Shown here: positions 61,158 to 64,000 of the stretch, piece after piece
Layout of the letters: each line of letters starts with the position of its first letter
Position numbering within the stretch: position 1 is the stretch's first letter
From: Trypanosoma brucei
Taxonomy: Eukaryota
Assembly: GCA_000002445.1 (NCBI GenBank)
Contig: CM000208.1
Span: 3,072,001-3,136,000 of the forward strand
Length of the DNA: 64,000 nucleotides
Reading direction: 5' to 3'
Notes under the pieces: model-generated
What the model was told of the DNA's origin: nothing
What the model saw: only the letters and a program-made list of their open reading frames with translations
The model's database searches: none
Position numbers and translations under genes: made by a program

Positions 61158-64000
61158 TTACTTCACTTTTCTCTTCGCTACTTTTTCAGTTTTCTTATTT
61201 GTTTCTCCATTCGTTCCCTTACTTTTTCCATCCTGCTCAGCCACCGCTGACCTTTTCTTACCCTTATCTGCACTGCTCTTCCGGCTGTCATGCTGCGACT
61301 GTCGGACTTCTAACTTCGTCTTGCTGCCCTCCCGCCGGGGCCGCTTTGAACTCTTACCTTCTTTCCCCTCATTTATGTTCGATCTCTTTCTGCGCAGTGC
61401 ACCGCGAGCCGCGGCCACAATGGCGTCCTTATCCATTACATTATGCACACGGGACGAGACCCCCTTTGTCTCCATAACTTCATTGGTTGCAGTCTCTTCC
61501 TCGGACGTGAGCGACCTCAGTGCGGTCGGCAGCAGAGCACCGCGACTAATACGGAGGATATCATCGTGGAGTTTGCTGCAGTGGTTCCGCGGTGCATGCG
61601 AAGTAATAGTAATTACACTGATGGAACGAGGGGCAAGACAATCGTAGAAAACCATTGAGCGGTCCCTCGTAGCGGCGCGCACACTCCTTACCACATGAGC
61701 CGCCGGCTCTCGTTCAACAAGTTCACTAATATAAATGCGGCTCTTCGCCGCCTCCAGCTCATCTAACCTCCATACTCGCGCTGTCGCCGGAGAATCTGTC
61801 GACTCTCCTGCCACTGTCCCTGCACCCGAGATGCCACTCCCAACGCCGTTCGCCCCTGCTGCTTTAACCTTTTCAATGGAAGGAGGTGCGATAAGACGGT
61901 CCGTTTGTAGAAGTAGGCATGGGTGCAGGACCATTTGGAAGTCAAAGTCACTGGGATTGGGCGTGAAGACAGCAGCTTCGAGGTGTGACGGAGAATCGTT
62001 TTCACTAACCAGGTCAATAAGTACCGAAAGAGCTGCCTTCGCGAGCTGCACAACGCGATGGACGATTAAAGGTCTCGGTGTATGCACTGTGAAAGGACTT
62101 TCCAATGGTGCGTAAGGTGTGGCAATGAACATACCTCGTTCTTCACCCATGGAGCGCACAAGTGCTGCTGCTTCAGCCTGCTCTTTGCTGTCCATTGAGT
62201 ACGGAAGCACAAGTGGCTCTTTCCAGTCATGACAAGCTAGCAGCTGTAGGAAACGCAGGAACCCACTTGCGGGAGTTTTGGGGGGCACGGCCCCCAAATA
62301 TGCATTAGCAACTAGAAGCTCCACCGCCTCCGGGACAATAAATTCATACAAGAGCATGGCACTCATCCACCGGCTAGCGATGCGTGTGGCTGTGGCGTAG
62401 CTACTGTGTCCGAAGGATATTGTGCGGAGAAATTTGGCGTGCTGTGCGCTCCAAAAAAGCTTCCGCTCAATCGTGGATGCTTCAGACTCGCGTCCAAGGG
62501 CTCTTAGAAGAGACACTTCACGGTAGTGGGCTATATAGAGTCGGAAGAGATAGCCCTTGAAAATGATATCCACCGAATGAGCTGTGCACGATGACCGTAT
62601 ATGCAACTTCTCAGTTTCTTTGCCGCATGTCTCCCCCTCTCCTTGACGGCTGATATGCTCTTCACGCTCTTTTTTTAACTTTCCTTCTTTCCCTTCGATG
62701 GATGTTCCTCCATCAACCTTACCTTCGTCGTCTCCATATTGTTCCTGTAGTACCTTTGAAAGTTGAGCACAAATAGCTCCCTTCATTGTTGCGATAGCTT
62801 CTACAGTGTCGGGAATTTTGTTCCTGTCGTCAATTGTCAATACGCCGTGCACTGGCTCGATGGTGGGCGCAACACTGAGTCCGGCAAAACATGGTTGGGT
62901 GATGTCATCAGTTGTGTACGTGAGCGCAATGTGGGGACGAACGGGGAACGTTGCAGTGTGACGTTCGCTGGCTGAGACGATATCCAAAGAGGTAATTTTG
63001 CACGGCAGTGCAGTGCGTGGGATATCCACCACCATTGTTTCGACGGCTCGGCAGGCGTCCAGAAGTGACTTCTCCACCAGCGGCGCTGTGTCGCGCCACT
63101 CTGCGCCAACACGCTCCGCCAAAACACCCTCAAGTCCGTTCAGCAGCACTGCAACACGTGCAGACGCTCCAATGTGCTTCTCTAGAGCAAATTGAACCAC
63201 ACGTCGCACAACTGTTGTAGCTGGAAGCACAATAGCGTGGCTAGCAGCATCATGGTCAAATGTCCACAGTACGCATCGGTAAATTCCACCGTCGGGAAAT
63301 TGCCGCGTTGATGTTATATCGTTACCCCAGAAGTTGTTGAAGCGGCTGACGGCTTCCGTATCTTCCAATGGTGGGCCACGAGTTAGGCGGTTGCGACCTT
63401 CAGCTTCGGTCGCCAGCCGGACAGCGACATGTGCAGCATCGGCACTCCGGCGCCACATTGTTACATAACTCGCACGCACACCTAAGGCCTCACACACAAC
63501 CAAATAAAGTTTCTGCGTGACTTCCTCCGGTCTTAAATATGCGGCACCCCCCGTTTTCCCGTTCCCTGCAGAATTTGTCTCTGCAAAGTGAGCCTCAAGG
63601 CCAGAAACCACGAGACAAACATCCATACTTAATTGCAGTGGCTGAAAGGGAGTTTTCAGTAGCACCTCTGAGGAGCGCTGGTACTGCATTGCATCGTCCG
63701 CAGCCTTTTTAACAACCTGTTTTAAGAAGGATGTGGAGGTACGAAATAGCAGGTTCATAGTCTCTCCCTCAAGACGCAGAACGGCCACGTCACTTCGATT
63801 ACCCAGTGATAAAGCACCCGCAACCTCTTCGTGGTTTTTGCCCTCTCCGTCATTGTTGAGAGTAGCGTAGCTCTCTGTCAATGTCAAACCGCGCGAAAGG
63901 TAGACCCATACGGCACGCACAACGTTCTCCTCCGACATGCTTGGTGATACAACACCTTCTTCCACGAGCCGCAATATGACCGCAGAGAGATGAAAGCCAC
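61158..64000 (-). CDS. Large hypothetical protein, 5'-truncated by the window edge (at least 947 aa seen); possibly a nucleolar Nrap/NOL6-like protein, but unverified
   Basis: The frame stays open from 61158 past the window end; the track's M at 63974 is a TTG. The C-terminal tail is lysine-rich and NLS-like (…KRPRREGSKTKLE…KKTEKVAKRKVK). The family assignment is a guess. Confidence 0.6.
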   Translation of the reverse strand, partial: GFHLSAVILRLVEEGVVSPSMSEENVVRAVWVYLSRGLTLTESYATLNNDGEGKNHEEVAGALSLGNRSDVAVLRLEGETMNLLFRTSTSFLKQVVKKAADDAMQYQRSSEVLLKTPFQPLQLSMDVCLVVSGLEAHFAETNSAGNGKTGGAAYLRPEEVTQKLYLVVCEALGVRASYVTMWRRSADAAHVAVRLATEAEGRNRLTRGPPLEDTEAVSRFNNFWGNDITSTRQFPDGGIYRCVLWTFDHDAASHAIVLPATTVVRRVVQFALEKHIGASARVAVLLNGLEGVLAERVGAEWRDTAPLVEKSLLDACRAVETMVVDIPRTALPCKITSLDIVSASERHTATFPVRPHIALTYTTDDITQPCFAGLSVAPTIEPVHGVLTIDDRNKIPDTVEAIATMKGAICAQLSKVLQEQYGDDEGKVDGGTSIEGKEGKLKKEREEHISRQGEGETCGKETEKLHIRSSCTAHSVDIIFKGYLFRLYIAHYREVSLLRALGRESEASTIERKLFWSAQHAKFLRTISFGHSSYATATRIASRWMSAMLLYEFIVPEAVELLVANAYLGAVPPKTPASGFLRFLQLLACHDWKEPLVLPYSMDSKEQAEAAALVRSMGEERGMFIATPYAPLESPFTVHTPRPLIVHRVVQLAKAALSVLIDLVSENDSPSHLEAAVFTPNPSDFDFQMVLHPCLLLQTDRLIAPPSIEKVKAAGANGVGSGISGAGTVAGESTDSPATARVWRLDELEAAKSRIYISELVEREPAAHVVRSVRAATRDRSMVFYDCLAPRSISVITITSHAPRNHCSKLHDDILRISRGALLPTALRSLTSEEETATNEVMETKGVSSRVHNVMDKDAIVAAARGALRRKRSNINEGKEGKSSKRPRREGSKTKLEVRQSQHDSRKSSADKGKKRSAVAEQDGKSKGTNGETNKKTEKVAKRKVK

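Noticed and set aside
1-64000. Prokaryote-style defence island, CRISPR array, phage or transposon
   Set aside because: The sequence is eukaryotic (trypanosomatid). I saw no CRISPR repeats, no transposase or retroelement (ingi/RIME/SLACS-like) ORFs, and no integrase. The novel-system search was therefore redirected to eukaryotic features.

Overview
This window looks like a trypanosomatid nuclear chromosome: intron-less, long directional gene clusters, polypyrimidine-tract/AG trans-splice signals, and a GRESAG4-type receptor adenylate cyclase. The gene order (Rab5-like GTPase; PDE of about 620 aa immediately next to a PKA catalytic subunit of 337 aa; UDP-glucose pyrophosphorylase of 485 aa) fits what I recall of the Trypanosoma brucei chromosome 10 core. 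That is recall, not a database hit. I infer about 23 protein-coding genes. A minus-strand cluster runs from 1 to about 23858. A single plus-strand gene, the receptor adenylate cyclase, sits at 28764-32393. A second minus-strand cluster runs from 37671 to the window end. The two ORF-poor gaps, about 4.9 kb and 5.3 kb, therefore read as a divergent strand-switch region (candidate Pol II start region) and a convergent strand-switch region (candidate termination region). I found no tRNA, rRNA, snRNA or CRISPR by eye. Many simple repeats are present: (CA)n/(TG)n, (CAA)n, (CAAT)n, (AT)n and long homopolymer runs. Several ORF-track entries are repeat or antisense artefacts. Some track ORFs start at alternative GTG/TTG codons, so I trimmed them to the first in-frame ATG. 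My hand-derived coordinates for repeats and motifs may be off by 1-2 nt. There is no prokaryote-style defence or mobile system here. The notable biology is eukaryotic. One is a cAMP-signalling gene neighbourhood (cyclase, PDE, PKA-C). Another is a monocistronic cyclase gene isolated between two strand-switch regions. A third is a transmembrane J-domain plus pseudokinase-like protein. A fourth is an inactive-looking calpain/LRR fusion. A fifth is an AN1 zinc-finger protein ending in a CaaX box.
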